Source: a virus. From it: DNA of 64,000 bases. A model generated the notes under the pieces. That model ran no database searches. It had not been told where the DNA came from and saw only the letters and a program-made list of their open reading frames with translations. Where the stretch lies: positions 32,001 through 96,000 of the IMG/VR virus record IMGVR_UViG_3300022925_000008; one strand, 5' to 3'. Position numbers and translations under genes: made by a program. Positions 9,560-18,720 of this stretch are shown here, one piece after another. Position 1 is the first letter of the stretch, and each line of letters starts with the position of its first letter.

Positions 9560-10323
9560 AATAAAAAATTCACCTTAGTTCCATTCTGTTGAGCCCATGT
9601 TACATGATTATGATTTCTATTAGTATATACTCTAATTTTATCGTAAGGTTTGTATAGATGAGCTAAATGGAAGAAACCTGAGTTGGCCCCTATATGGTAA
9701 TGAGCATGCTTCATACAGTAGGCAATGTGTTTGATAGAATTGGGCGAAAAGGGTTTCTTCTGCTCGATGTGAAGTTCTCCTCCGTTTATTGTGATAATTT
9801 TATATCCCATATCTCCATATATTTTTCTCACAGAGGCAACTTGACTTGGATTTATGGATCTAGATTGATCTTGTGAGTCCCACTGTTCTGTTACATACTT
9901 GTCGGGGAGATCCATATATTCAGAAAGATCCTCAACATCAAGCTCAGGTAAGGTTTTTATATATTGAGTAATCTCAAACGTAGCTACCGGCACCTTGTTA
10001 AAATAGTAATAGGTCTCTACGTCTGCATATCCTTTCTTGCGAAGATAGATTACCCATTCGTTTTCTAGCAGATCCCCTACTGGGTGGTTAATTAAATTAA
10101 TATGCCCTTTGGGAATTAACTCAAGAAGTTCTTTCCATGAGTTGTTTTTCTTATCATTCTGACCCCATTGTCTAGAACTAAGGTGCACATTAACTTCAGT
10201 GTTGTGATGCACAGAATATTGATACATGAGAAGAAGGGTGTGGATTCTATCCCCAAGTCCTGCTACAGTATAAGGTTGACCATTACCTCTTGATCTACAG
10301 TTAACAGCAATATTCTTTACCAT
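9556..10323 (-). CDS. Putative GT-B glycosyltransferase (fucosyl/heptosyl-transferase-like)
   Basis: AGLGDRI near N-terminus, IGANSGFFHLA near C-terminus. Confidence 0.5.
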   Translation of the reverse strand: MVKNIAVNCRSRGNGQPYTVAGLGDRIHTLLLMYQYSVHHNTEVNVHLSSRQWGQNDKKNNSWKELLELIPKGHINLINHPVGDLLENEWVIYLRKKGYADVETYYYFNKVPVATFEITQYIKTLPELDVEDLSEYMDLPDKYVTEQWDSQDQSRSINPSQVASVRKIYGDMGYKIITINGGELHIEQKKPFSPNSIKHIAYCMKHAHYHIGANSGFFHLAHLYKPYDKIRVYTNRNHNHVTWAQQNGTKVNFLL

Positions 10324-11141
10324 CCAAACGCACCGAGGATAACATCTGGTTTATTACCTTTCGAGTTAGGTTTATCCAAAGAAGTTGGGAATACCAATTG
10401 CTCATCTGTGAACTCTACAAGATCATTTCTGACATAAGATACCTCTATAACCTCTGCCATTGTCTTACCTTTCACCCCAAACAAACCAACATAGTTGTTA
10501 GCATGAATATGATAAGGGGTGAAGTTGGCAGATAAATTCTTCAGCGCCTTTTCTATAAGTGAAAGACGATTAACATCAGAACAGTAATGAAGAAACCAAT
10601 GAAACTCTAAAATAATTTGTGAAAACTGACCTAAAGTATTTTGTGAGACATTAGCAAATGCTTGCCATTCAGCTCCTTCAATATCACATTGCAACAACAT
10701 ATCCTTTTCTTGGGTATGATTATTATCTTCAATAATAGTGGATATAGTTTTCAGAGGTCCCTCATTCTTAGGACCAATCCCTGTCTTATGAAAGATCAGA
10801 TTGGGGTGCTGTACAGGGGATCCTCTGACAGTATGATCATACATGTGGATGTCATATCCATAATCTTTTATTTGTTCTTCCCACTTAGCTGTTTTACCAA
10901 CCCCGAATGAATATGCAACATTACCTTTGGGTATCAGTTGCTCGAGCATAATGTATCCCCCGTCTCGTTCGCCTCCGACACGAATCATATCGAGGTCTTT
11001 CACTCTTTTAGGATTGAGGTTCTTTAAAACATCTGCTATTCGATTTTGATTGAGTTCGTAGTAGAGCTGCTCATGTGATTGAAGTTTGGAATATCCTGAC
11101 GGCCATCCTGGTTTTCCTGTCCACTCATATATTCCTTGCAT
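10317..11141 (-). CDS. FkbM/METTL24-like SAM methyltransferase
   Basis: RVGGERDGGY, YSFGVG, YDHT, LQCDIEGAEW, QIILEFH, HIHANN. Confidence 0.8.
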   Translation of the reverse strand: MQGIYEWTGKPGWPSGYSKLQSHEQLYYELNQNRIADVLKNLNPKRVKDLDMIRVGGERDGGYIMLEQLIPKGNVAYSFGVGKTAKWEEQIKDYGYDIHMYDHTVRGSPVQHPNLIFHKTGIGPKNEGPLKTISTIIEDNNHTQEKDMLLQCDIEGAEWQAFANVSQNTLGQFSQIILEFHWFLHYCSDVNRLSLIEKALKNLSANFTPYHIHANNYVGLFGVKGKTMAEVIEVSYVRNDLVEFTDEQLVFPTSLDKPNSKGNKPDVILGAFGW

Positions 11142-11934
11142 AGTCTACTCCTACTTGTTTTAATAATTGCTCTACGTTTTCTCCACCCAAAGGCAATTTG
11201 TCTTTCAGGAAAAAATGTATAAAATGAGCGTCAGTGATTTTGTTTTCATCCACAGCAGTATACAATGCATTGAATTTCCAGTCTAGGTGTTTCACATTCA
11301 TCTTTTCTTTTTTGATCCACCAATTGAGCAGGGTTTGATCGGTTGACCATTTCCAAGCACCAAGACCATCAACAAACCTTTGGAACTCATAACGCTTTAG
11401 GAATTGTTGCGGGGATTGACCTTTGAGGTATTTGGCAAAAGACTTATTCATAACCATTAACCCCATGTTGAAGAACTCTCCTCCAGAGGTGTTCCATTTC
11501 CAGTCAACGTCCGTCAAAGAGGAGTATTGCATTCTAGAGTAATTGGTAATTTTATCTTTGTACCATTTTTGAATGGGCGCGTCTCTTTCACAGACGGCTG
11601 CAAAATCATGATCACCAATCTCGTCAAACAAGTTTGGTGCAGAATCCTTTATAAAGATATCGGCGTCGACAATGGCTATCTGATCGTAGCGATCAAAATA
11701 TTTAAATGCGTTTTCTTTTTCATAGATAGGAAGATATCCGCCATATTTCATATATGACTCTTCAGATCTATTTGAAGTAAAAATGTCTGGTCTGATTCGA
11801 AGAATTGGTTTCTTTTGAACTATATGATCGATGTTGTATCTTTTGCAATATGTTGCAGCCGATTCAATACACTTATCGTATAGGTTAGACCTTTTGCCGC
11901 CCACGTAAACTTGGTAAATCAAACTCTGCATCAT
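11125..11934 (-). CDS. GT8-like glycosyltransferase
   Basis: IVDADIF DxD, FFNMGLMV, TDQTLLN, WKFNALY, FIHFF. Confidence 0.8.
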   Translation of the reverse strand: MMQSLIYQVYVGGKRSNLYDKCIESAATYCKRYNIDHIVQKKPILRIRPDIFTSNRSEESYMKYGGYLPIYEKENAFKYFDRYDQIAIVDADIFIKDSAPNLFDEIGDHDFAAVCERDAPIQKWYKDKITNYSRMQYSSLTDVDWKWNTSGGEFFNMGLMVMNKSFAKYLKGQSPQQFLKRYEFQRFVDGLGAWKWSTDQTLLNWWIKKEKMNVKHLDWKFNALYTAVDENKITDAHFIHFFLKDKLPLGGENVEQLLKQVGVDYARNI

Positions 11935-12052
11935 ACAACTCGCTTTGTCTCATATTTTCTTTAGGTTTAGGAGAACTAAACCTTTTCTCAGACTTATACT
12001 TATCGTTTCTTTTTTTCTTGTTTCTCACGTCAAACTTTGAATATTTGGCCAT
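11885..12052 (-). CDS. Small basic protein (55 aa)
   Basis: Manual translation MAKYSKFDVRNKKKRNDKYK...; ATGA overlap with upstream stop. Confidence 0.6.
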   Translation of the reverse strand: MAKYSKFDVRNKKKRNDKYKSEKRFSSPKPKENMRQSELYDAEFDLPSLRGRQKV

Positions 12053-12468
12053 CACTTCTTCCAAAACTTTCCTTGTGTTAATTTAATGACTACCGTAAAA
12101 GGGTTGTAATAATATTTAAAGGTCCAATCGTATTGTGCGTAATCTTTTTCATAGTCAATTCTATTAGACCATTTACGTTTCCAATTATCCACATACATTC
12201 CATCATGATAAAGAATGGCGTGACCACCACCATTCACTGTTACAAAACAAACCCTGAACTTTCTTGTCAGTAACATCCACAAAAACTTTAATCTACTTTG
12301 ACCAGCAAGCAACCAAGCAACAGTGAGTGCATAGTCTTCACAATCGCCTTGATCTTTATCAAGACTAACGTCTAACACGCGCCAATAATCTGCTACTTCA
12401 TATTGATCTTTGTCATACTCATACTCAAACAATGAGTTTACTTTTTCTACGGACTTGATCTTATCCAT
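12052..12468 (-). CDS. Transglutaminase-like cysteine peptidase (BTLCP/C93-like)
   Basis: Y..D....DYW, GDCEDYA catalytic Cys motif, GHAIL, VDN. Confidence 0.75.
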   Translation of the reverse strand: MDKIKSVEKVNSLFEYEYDKDQYEVADYWRVLDVSLDKDQGDCEDYALTVAWLLAGQSRLKFLWMLLTRKFRVCFVTVNGGGHAILYHDGMYVDNWKRKWSNRIDYEKDYAQYDWTFKYYYNPFTVVIKLTQGKFWKK

Positions 12469-12469
12469 G

Positions 12470-12613
12470 TTATTTGCCTTGCCCTCTATATTTTTTATAA
12501 TTTGCTTTCTTCTTCTTGTTCATAGAAGACGTGTTGAAGTGTCCTCTGCCAATAGAAGTTCCTTTGGGTTTGTGCTCAACTTTGGTATTACTAGACGATA
12601 ATGCCTTTGCCAT
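12470..12613 (-). CDS. Small basic protein (47 aa)
   Basis: Manual translation MAKALSSSNTKVEHKPKGTSIGRG...KKYRGQGK; overlaps lysozyme stop. Confidence 0.65.
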   Translation of the reverse strand: MAKALSSSNTKVEHKPKGTSIGRGHFNTSSMNKKKKANYKKYRGQGK

Positions 12614-13059
12614 CAGATACTCTCCAACCTAACCATTAGTCGTTCAGCGCGATTGGTCACCTGCTTGTGCCATCGCGAGTCGCGTCCCTCAACTGCGGCT
12701 TCTTTCCAGTCGCCTGCATCGAGTGCAGCGTTGAATTTCTTAAACTTAGACAAACGTGTTCTACCCATGTTGAACATCATGTTGACCACGATCTGTTGGA
12801 CCTCTTCGGGAAAGTTGTCAAACGTCCCTTCGCCGTATAAAGCGTGACACTCACTGATTGAGGTGTCAAGGTCTTTTTCAAAACATTCCCATACTCGTTC
12901 TTCGGAGATTGGTGTTCCGAATTCTTGACCCCATTCGGGATCTTCGTTGATGACAAGGTGCCCCACGCCAAAGGTGTGGTAACCGAGATGGTCTGCATAT
13001 ATTTCATACTTCACACCCTCGTCTACTTTTAGTGTTTCGAAAATTTCTTCACGATTCAT
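12613..13059 (-). CDS. T4-type lysozyme (GH24 muramidase)
   Basis: DEGVKYEIYADHLGYHTFGVGHL (E..D..T triad), VNMMFNMG, F.KF..AL..GDW..AA.E..DSRW.KQV..RA. Confidence 0.92.
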   Translation of the reverse strand: MNREEIFETLKVDEGVKYEIYADHLGYHTFGVGHLVINEDPEWGQEFGTPISEERVWECFEKDLDTSISECHALYGEGTFDNFPEEVQQIVVNMMFNMGRTRLSKFKKFNAALDAGDWKEAAVEGRDSRWHKQVTNRAERLMVRLESI

Positions 13060-13249
13060 TTAATTTCTCCAATGTTGAGAGCAATTCATCGTATTTTGCG
13101 ATTTGCTCTAGTTCTTTTTCTAGCGTTTCCATAAAGTCACCATGTTCCGCCACCCCTACAGGATTATCGAGAAAAGTTTCCCAATTACAAATATGTTTTG
13201 CGCGCTGTCCCTGTAAATACATTTTCATTGCTTCTTTAATAAGAGTCAC
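13049..13249 (-). CDS. Conserved hypothetical protein
   Basis: NPVGVAEHGD motif; operon packing. Confidence 0.6.
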   Translation of the reverse strand: MTLIKEAMKMYLQGQRAKHICNWETFLDNPVGVAEHGDFMETLEKELEQIAKYDELLSTLEKLNES

Positions 13250-13968
13250 TTAATTCCCATCCATTCTTTTGTCATTATGTAGTCGCGAACAAAGTCGCTA
13301 CGGATGATGTCTTCCCACCCAAACTCAACATGCGTGAAACTCTTCATGTTGTCTAGAATACTTAAAAACTGGTTTACACCATTCTTATCTTTTTCTTGTT
13401 TAAAATCACTCTGATAGTAATCACCACAAAATACTATTTTGGTTGCTTGACCCACCCGTGTGATAACAGAATCCAACTCGTGAAAGTTTAGGTTCTGCAT
13501 CTCATCTACCAGAATGATACTGCTATCATATGTCACGCCTCTTATATATGAGGTTGATTCAAACGTGATATAATTGTTATGTACCAATTTGTCATATGCT
13601 TTCGGGTCGTTAAATAACTCAGTAGCAGCTGCACGATATGGTCCTGTGTATGCGTTGAGTTTCTCTTCAATAGTTCCTGGCAAGTAACCCATTTCTCGAG
13701 TAGGCACTACACTCCGAATGATGTGTAATGTATCAAACGGCGAGTTCTTATCCATGACCTCTTCTAGTGCAAGATACATAGCAAGAAATGTCTTACCAGT
13801 GCCGGCAGTACCCGTAAGTGCAAGATGATCGCCATCGCGCCAACCTTGCCACGCGTCTTCTTGGTGTGGAGTTATAGGTGCAATAGTCACCAATTGATCC
13901 AGGCGAATCTTCATGTCTGGAATAGTGGTTTTAATAGAAGGAATTTGTTGTGATTGTTTTTTCATCAA
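13246..13968 (-). CDS. phoH: PhoH-family ATPase
   Basis: GTAGTGKT, RSVVP..EMGYLPG..EEK, YIRG.T, DEMQN, TRVG, CGDYYQSD, DIIRS. Confidence 0.93.
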   Translation of the reverse strand: MMKKQSQQIPSIKTTIPDMKIRLDQLVTIAPITPHQEDAWQGWRDGDHLALTGTAGTGKTFLAMYLALEEVMDKNSPFDTLHIIRSVVPTREMGYLPGTIEEKLNAYTGPYRAAATELFNDPKAYDKLVHNNYITFESTSYIRGVTYDSSIILVDEMQNLNFHELDSVITRVGQATKIVFCGDYYQSDFKQEKDKNGVNQFLSILDNMKSFTHVEFGWEDIIRSDFVRDYIMTKEWMGIK

Positions 13969-14246
13969 TAAGTTTTTATTGTGTTGTCTACAAATCCATG
14001 CTTGCGCTTCTTTTCGGCGGACAATTGGCTGTTGCCACCAGAGCCTTTCTTAATTGTCTTGAGCAGATCTCTCCAATCTCCAGATGTTTTTGATAAAACG
14101 CCTCCAGACTGAGTAACAATTTCAGGGGTGCCAAGGTGGACTTGCACCCATTCACCTTGTGCAACTAGTTCTTCTTTTTTTGAAATAGAGAGGATCATTT
14201 CTTTAACCTCGCCAGTTTCTATATTTCTTAAATCGTATGTTGGCAT
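13965..14246 (-). CDS. FmdB-like (degenerate zinc-ribbon) conserved T4-like protein
   Basis: MPTYDLRNIETGE N-terminus; W.DLL..IK. Confidence 0.55.
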   Translation of the reverse strand: MPTYDLRNIETGEVKEMILSISKKEELVAQGEWVQVHLGTPEIVTQSGGVLSKTSGDWRDLLKTIKKGSGGNSQLSAEKKRKHGFVDNTIKTY

Positions 14247-14818
14247 TAACTTACCTTAAATTCAAATTGTGATTCGCCCAGCCGTCTAGGTTTCCATCCA
14301 GTATTTATTAAAGAATTAACTGCTTTTGTTACCCCCTCCTTTCCAATGCCGTGCACCCAAGAATAATCATCTCCGAAAATAGATCCGCCAAATTTCACTT
14401 TCTTTTTACAAAGAAGAAGATCTGCTTTACACCCTTCGTATCCGTGGTCACCGTCGACATATGCCCAATCAAAGTAGTTGTCGGGGAATTCGTTTAAAAA
14501 ATCTATAGAGAATTTACGGTGTATTTTTACGTTTGGTAAACTACCAAAACGGGCAACAACTTTATCATAAACTCTTTCGTAATAAGCGTCCCAATCTTTT
14601 CGCGATTTTGATCCAATCTTTTCAGCGTAACGATCGAGTAGTCGTTCAGTGAGAGGTTCCGGTGTTTGCCATGGATCAACCATATGAAACTCTTTAAGAT
14701 TACGATTGATAAATTTCGCAGAAGAATTTCCCTCCCAAATCCCAATTTCAACCCCGATAGAATTTGGCGGAATAAAAGGCAACACGTTAACAACCTGTGT
14801 ATTAGTACCATGCATCAT
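14246..14818 (-). CDS. Class I SAM methyltransferase (Methyltransf_24-like)
   Basis: GVEIGIWEG.SS, VDPW, DWAYVDGDH.Y, GGSIFGDDY. Confidence 0.85.
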   Translation of the reverse strand: MMHGTNTQVVNVLPFIPPNSIGVEIGIWEGNSSAKFINRNLKEFHMVDPWQTPEPLTERLLDRYAEKIGSKSRKDWDAYYERVYDKVVARFGSLPNVKIHRKFSIDFLNEFPDNYFDWAYVDGDHGYEGCKADLLLCKKKVKFGGSIFGDDYSWVHGIGKEGVTKAVNSLINTGWKPRRLGESQFEFKVS

Positions 14819-14833
14819 AATGTATTTTCCTTT

Positions 14834-14856
14834 AAAAAAGTGCCCCGAAGGGCACT
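14834..14856 (-). terminator. Rho-independent terminator
   Basis: AGTGCCC-TTCG-GGGCACT followed by T run (C(UUCG)G loop). Confidence 0.8.
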
Positions 14857-14870
14857 CCGTTAGATGAGGA

Positions 14871-15029
14871 TCACCCCCTTGTGACTTGTTGTATCGCCGC
14901 GTCTAAGAATGCTTGTTTTCTTAGCATCTTATGGGCAGCTTCTCCCTTTCCTTTTTTATTTAACTTGTGAATATAATGTCCAAGTTCCCTAGAGTCTTTC
15001 TTTAAACGTTCTATTTGGTTTACTACCAT
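14871..15029 (-). CDS. Small hypothetical protein (52 aa)
   Basis: Manual translation MVVNQIERLKKDSRELGHYIHKL...; AAGGAG RBS. Confidence 0.6.
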   Translation of the reverse strand: MVVNQIERLKKDSRELGHYIHKLNKKGKGEAAHKMLRKQAFLDAAIQQVTRG

Positions 15030-15068
15030 AGGCAAGTCTCCTTGTTATCGATTTGGTTATTCACATAA

Positions 15069-15503
15069 TCATTCTGGGATTAAGTCTGGGTATGCCTCCT
15101 GTATTAATTTTTTGGTTAATCCTTTCACGGGGTTTTGTTTGTTGATCATAGACACTAGTAATTTAGCGTCTTCGGGATGCACGGTTTCAAGAATGTCAAG
15201 AAATTTCTTTTCACGCTTAAACGCTGGCATATTTTCTGAATCACGAACTCCTTTAACAAAATATTTAAGATTAACATTCTGTTTAAGAAAGGTAGATGGC
15301 GGGGTTCCAACTGAGCAAGGGGTGTATGGCGGTTCTCCACCAGGCAAGTTCCATTGAATCTTGTCGTCAAAAATACCCCTAAGTAGATCTTTTAAAGGCC
15401 ATGATTCGTGTTTCTTTAAAATATTAATCTTTTCTTTTCTAGATTTTACTTTAACGAAATCTTCGAATACTTCGAATACTTCTAATCTTTTGTTTGCTGT
15501 CAT
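15069..15503 (-). CDS. Conserved T4-like hypothetical protein
   Basis: WNLPGGEPPY, KREKKF..ILE..HP.DA.LL motifs. Confidence 0.7.
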   Translation of the reverse strand: MTANKRLEVFEVFEDFVKVKSRKEKINILKKHESWPLKDLLRGIFDDKIQWNLPGGEPPYTPCSVGTPPSTFLKQNVNLKYFVKGVRDSENMPAFKREKKFLDILETVHPEDAKLLVSMINKQNPVKGLTKKLIQEAYPDLIPE

Positions 15504-15567
15504 ATCAACTTACCTCATATATTATATATAAATCGCATATACTACATTCCCTAACGCTAGAAGCTTT

Positions 15568-15596
15568 ATTATACTTTTCTTTGTTGTGAATGTCAA
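15568..15596 (-). promoter_or_regulatory. Consensus sigma70 promoter
   Basis: TTGACA-17 nt-TATAAT. Confidence 0.8.
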
Positions 15597-16003
15597 GCCA
15601 AATGTTTGCTGTGAATTTTGCAACCTATAAACTCATTATAATAATCGTCTTTTAAAAGAACATCATTTTCGAACTGATGCTTTGCTTCGTAATAAGAGCA
15701 TTGCCCTTTGGTTCTACATAGATCAAGGATATATCGTTCGTATGCGTTTGCTCCGTTCTTCTCCACTTGTTCTTTTAGGAGAACACTAGAACCGTAATAG
15801 GACATCCAATCGCTCTCTACTCGGGTCTTTTTTCGTCTCTTTCGGGACTTGGTGACAGGAAGAATTTTGCTTCGCCAGAATAGTTTCTTGCCAATATATT
15901 TCATACCGGTTTCTTTTTCGTGAATACAATAAACAAACCCAGCGAGAGATTCTAATTCTTCCGCGCTGGGTTCAAAGGGTTTATTGTTGAAAATCCATGT
16001 CAT
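15593..16003 (-). CDS. GIY-YIG-like protein
   Basis: GFVYCI......KYIGKK, YYGSS, YYEAK.QF, YYNEFI. Confidence 0.7.
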   Translation of the reverse strand: MTWIFNNKPFEPSAEELESLAGFVYCIHEKETGMKYIGKKLFWRSKILPVTKSRKRRKKTRVESDWMSYYGSSVLLKEQVEKNGANAYERYILDLCRTKGQCSYYEAKHQFENDVLLKDDYYNEFIGCKIHSKHLA

Positions 16004-16029
16004 AGTATTTACTTATATATCTGGTTACT

Positions 16030-16182
16030 CTAACTTTCATTCTCCCTTTCTTTCCATTCACTATTCATATCATCACCGCACATTGGACAGAATATGGGAA
16101 GTTCGTCACAATCTCGCACTATTAATGACATGTCACAATCACAAGCAGGACATTCGCAGTCGTAAGAATACCAATCGCTCAT
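16030..16182 (-). CDS. Zinc-ribbon protein (50 aa)
   Basis: Manual translation MSDWYSYDCECPACDCD...FCPMCG; ATGA overlap with nrdJ stop. Confidence 0.65.
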   Translation of the reverse strand: MSDWYSYDCECPACDCDMSLIVRDCDELPIFCPMCGDDMNSEWKERENES

Positions 16183-18098
16183 ACGATTTCACAGTTACCA
16201 GCAGCACAAGCTAGTTCTTGACTGCCCACTGTGGTATCGCTCAATTCGTATTCGCTCAGTTCTGCCCAATTTACATTTTTTGGCATAAGACCTAATAACT
16301 CTTTATATCCTTTCTCATCAGTGTCTTGATACGGAGCTTGCTTGTACGTATGGTCGCTGAAAGGTAAAAACGACACGCCGCTCATAGAGTCGAAATTTTT
16401 ATATGTCCACGCACCTACTTCCATCCACTCGTGCTCTTTGACAGAGATCGTCACAGATGGTTTGTGCTCGCACCAGTGTTTCTGATAAACCAACCACATT
16501 TCTAACTGTTCGATAGCCGTCATGTCAGTACGGAACACAGCACCTTTGTCTACCTTTACCGGAAACGAGAACACAACGGTTTGCGCCGGATTCATCTGAT
16601 CGTCTTCGACAGGAAATCCTCTGTCAATCATAAACTGAGTCAGAGGATCTTTCTTGTCACCACGCACTGTGCGGATGTAGTAGGGGTTGTGACGAGCGTG
16701 AATACCAGAAGCAGCATCCACTAATTGAGACACAGTTCCCGAAGGTTTCACGCAGGTAATCGCTACAGACTGATTGATTCCTAATTTCTTAGAGAGTTCG
16801 GCATTAACCTTCACTGCCTCTTCTCTGAGCTCCTCTAGAAGCGTAGGAAGGTTGCCCAGTTTACCGTTGGTGTATTTGTTGTCCATAATCCCTGTCATGG
16901 AGACGCCGAGCAAACGTTCCTCTTCGCAATTCTTTTTCCATGTTTTTGGGATATACTTAAAGTTTACCAGTGACGACTGGAACGTGCCTAGAATAGTTGC
17001 GAGTCTTACTTTTTCAAGCAGGGACTCGCGGTTGTCGCTCGCGCGTACTACAACCTCAGAAAGATTACAGAACTCACGCGAGCGAAGAATGATCTCAGAA
17101 CAAGGGTTGGTGCCGAACTCATGGTCACCCACCTCTCTTCGACCAGACTTGACTGCTGCCATGTTGGCAGACTGACGATTAAAAATACCACGTTCCCCCG
17201 ATTTGGAATCGTAAAGTGCTTTCCACTCGTCCATAAAAATACCGATGTCAGGTTTCTCTGTATATGCAGCAGAGTTATTTGCTAGTGCTCTATGCCCGTA
17301 ATCATTCCACCACTGACCTGCTTTAGCGTGTCTCATTCGGTCATCAGAGAGGTTTGAGAGCGATATAAGAGCACTTCTGCGCACACCCCCTACCACTACT
17401 ATCTCTGCAATCTTACATACAATATCGTGACATTCAACGGATGTCAATTTTCGACCAGCAGCAGACTTGAATGTTTCAACACAGAACTCGAACAACGAGA
17501 CTAATGGTGCAGGACCTGACGCACGACCACCAAAGGTCTTCAACGGTGCACCTGCCTCACGAACTTTGCTCATGTCCCACGCAGGTACTTGCCCAGCATA
17601 CAGCAGACCCACAAGTTCTTTCATTGCTTTTGCCCAACCGAGTTTGCTGTCACCCACCACAATTGTAGTATCGGTATCATGAAACTCGTCAGCAACAACA
17701 GGCATCTGCGAGATATGCTGGCGTTCTACCGAGAATCCAACACCAGTACCGTTCATCAACACATAGAGGATCTCATCGAACGATGAAGGTTTGTCAACTG
17801 CAATGTATGAACAGTTATAACCCGCGATGTTCTCGCGCTTGAGTGCTTCGCCAGCAGTCATCAGACACCGCATAGAAGGCATGACCTTCTGAGTCAATAC
17901 TGCTTCTTCTAGTTCTGCTCGAAGTTTAGCAGGTAATTTATAGTCACAGGTTTCTTCAAGGTGTTCTGTGAAAAAATCAAAATATCTACCAATAGTTTCT
18001 TCCCAAGTTTCTCTTCGACCTTCTTCTGGTAACCATCGTGAGTATCGAGACAGGTGGATAAATTCTTGGTAACTGGTGGGTAGATAATTGCTGGGCAT
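16179..18098 (-). CDS. nrdJ: Class II (adenosylcobalamin-dependent) ribonucleotide reductase, monomeric type
   Basis: MPSMRCL, YNCSY, GTGVGFSV, VVGGVRRSA.ISL, TNPCSEI, FCNLSEV, KPSGTVSQL, C-terminal CAAGNC; no nrdB adjacent; start MPSNY after GAGGAG. Confidence 0.88.
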   Translation of the reverse strand: MPSNYLPTSYQEFIHLSRYSRWLPEEGRRETWEETIGRYFDFFTEHLEETCDYKLPAKLRAELEEAVLTQKVMPSMRCLMTAGEALKRENIAGYNCSYIAVDKPSSFDEILYVLMNGTGVGFSVERQHISQMPVVADEFHDTDTTIVVGDSKLGWAKAMKELVGLLYAGQVPAWDMSKVREAGAPLKTFGGRASGPAPLVSLFEFCVETFKSAAGRKLTSVECHDIVCKIAEIVVVGGVRRSALISLSNLSDDRMRHAKAGQWWNDYGHRALANNSAAYTEKPDIGIFMDEWKALYDSKSGERGIFNRQSANMAAVKSGRREVGDHEFGTNPCSEIILRSREFCNLSEVVVRASDNRESLLEKVRLATILGTFQSSLVNFKYIPKTWKKNCEEERLLGVSMTGIMDNKYTNGKLGNLPTLLEELREEAVKVNAELSKKLGINQSVAITCVKPSGTVSQLVDAASGIHARHNPYYIRTVRGDKKDPLTQFMIDRGFPVEDDQMNPAQTVVFSFPVKVDKGAVFRTDMTAIEQLEMWLVYQKHWCEHKPSVTISVKEHEWMEVGAWTYKNFDSMSGVSFLPFSDHTYKQAPYQDTDEKGYKELLGLMPKNVNWAELSEYELSDTTVGSQELACAAGNCEIV

Positions 18099-18146
18099 AT
18101 GGATGCGCTCCTCATTCGTCAAGGGGTTTTTAATTTCAGTGGAATT

Positions 18147-18175
18147 ATTATATAGTATTATTTAAATTTAGTCAA
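18147..18175 (-). promoter_or_regulatory. sigma70 promoter upstream of nrdJ
   Basis: TTGACT-17 nt-TATAAT. Confidence 0.75.
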
Positions 18176-18296
18176 CTTCTTGATCGCGCGCATTGGAAAC
18201 AAGTTCTTCTATCCTTTCAGATATTAGTTTCATTTTTTCGTTACCCGTCCAATGGAAATTAGTAAATAAATATTCTATCATTTGTTGATCAGTCAT
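18168..18296 (-). CDS. Small hypothetical protein (42 aa)
   Basis: Manual translation MTDQQMIEYLFTNFHWTG...; overlaps o-spanin stop. Confidence 0.4.
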   Translation of the reverse strand: MTDQQMIEYLFTNFHWTGNEKMKLISERIEELVSNARDQEVD

Positions 18297-18720
18297 TATT
18301 TTTCACCCATTCTTCTGCTGTAGTCCCTTCAGACTCAGTAGTTGCTTCGCGATAGTAGATGATTAACTCTTTCTGTTGTCTGACATAACGTCGAACCTCT
18401 TGGAAGTTCTCTGCCATTTTCTCGTATCCATCAGGTGTGAGAGCAAACACGACAAACTGACCGTCGAGCATCTTTTCAATCTCTTTGACCTTTTCTTCGA
18501 TGTTCTCTTCGGTAATGACAAAGAAGTTTACATTGAGTAAATCAATCTCTTGAGGAAGAGGTGGTTGATAAATGCGTAGAGGTACTTTCTCAGTTACCGT
18601 TACTATCTGTGGTTCCGGTTGGATTATCTGTTCCTTCGGACCCCACTCCAGCCTTGGCATCAGGTTGCATCCCGTCAGCAGGAGGGGTATTATCAATATC
18701 CATAAGTTCTTTTGTATCAT
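18289..18720 (-). CDS. o-spanin (Rz1-like outer-membrane lipoprotein)
   Basis: Lipobox LLLTGC, Pro-rich segment, overlaps the 3' end of i-spanin. Confidence 0.75.
   Translation of the reverse strand: MIQKNLWILIIPLLLTGCNLMPRLEWGPKEQIIQPEPQIVTVTEKVPLRIYQPPLPQEIDLLNVNFFVITEENIEEKVKEIEKMLDGQFVVFALTPDGYEKMAENFQEVRRYVRQQKELIIYYREATTESEGTTAEEWVKNND

Noticed and set aside
15593-16003. GIY-YIG protein as a mobile homing endonuclease
   Set aside because: Only 136 aa with no DNA-binding C-terminal modules; looks like a conserved stand-alone family
16179-18122. Intron/intein in nrdJ or gp43 (frequent homing targets)
   Set aside because: Both ORFs are continuous with normal lengths; no intein or intron motifs seen
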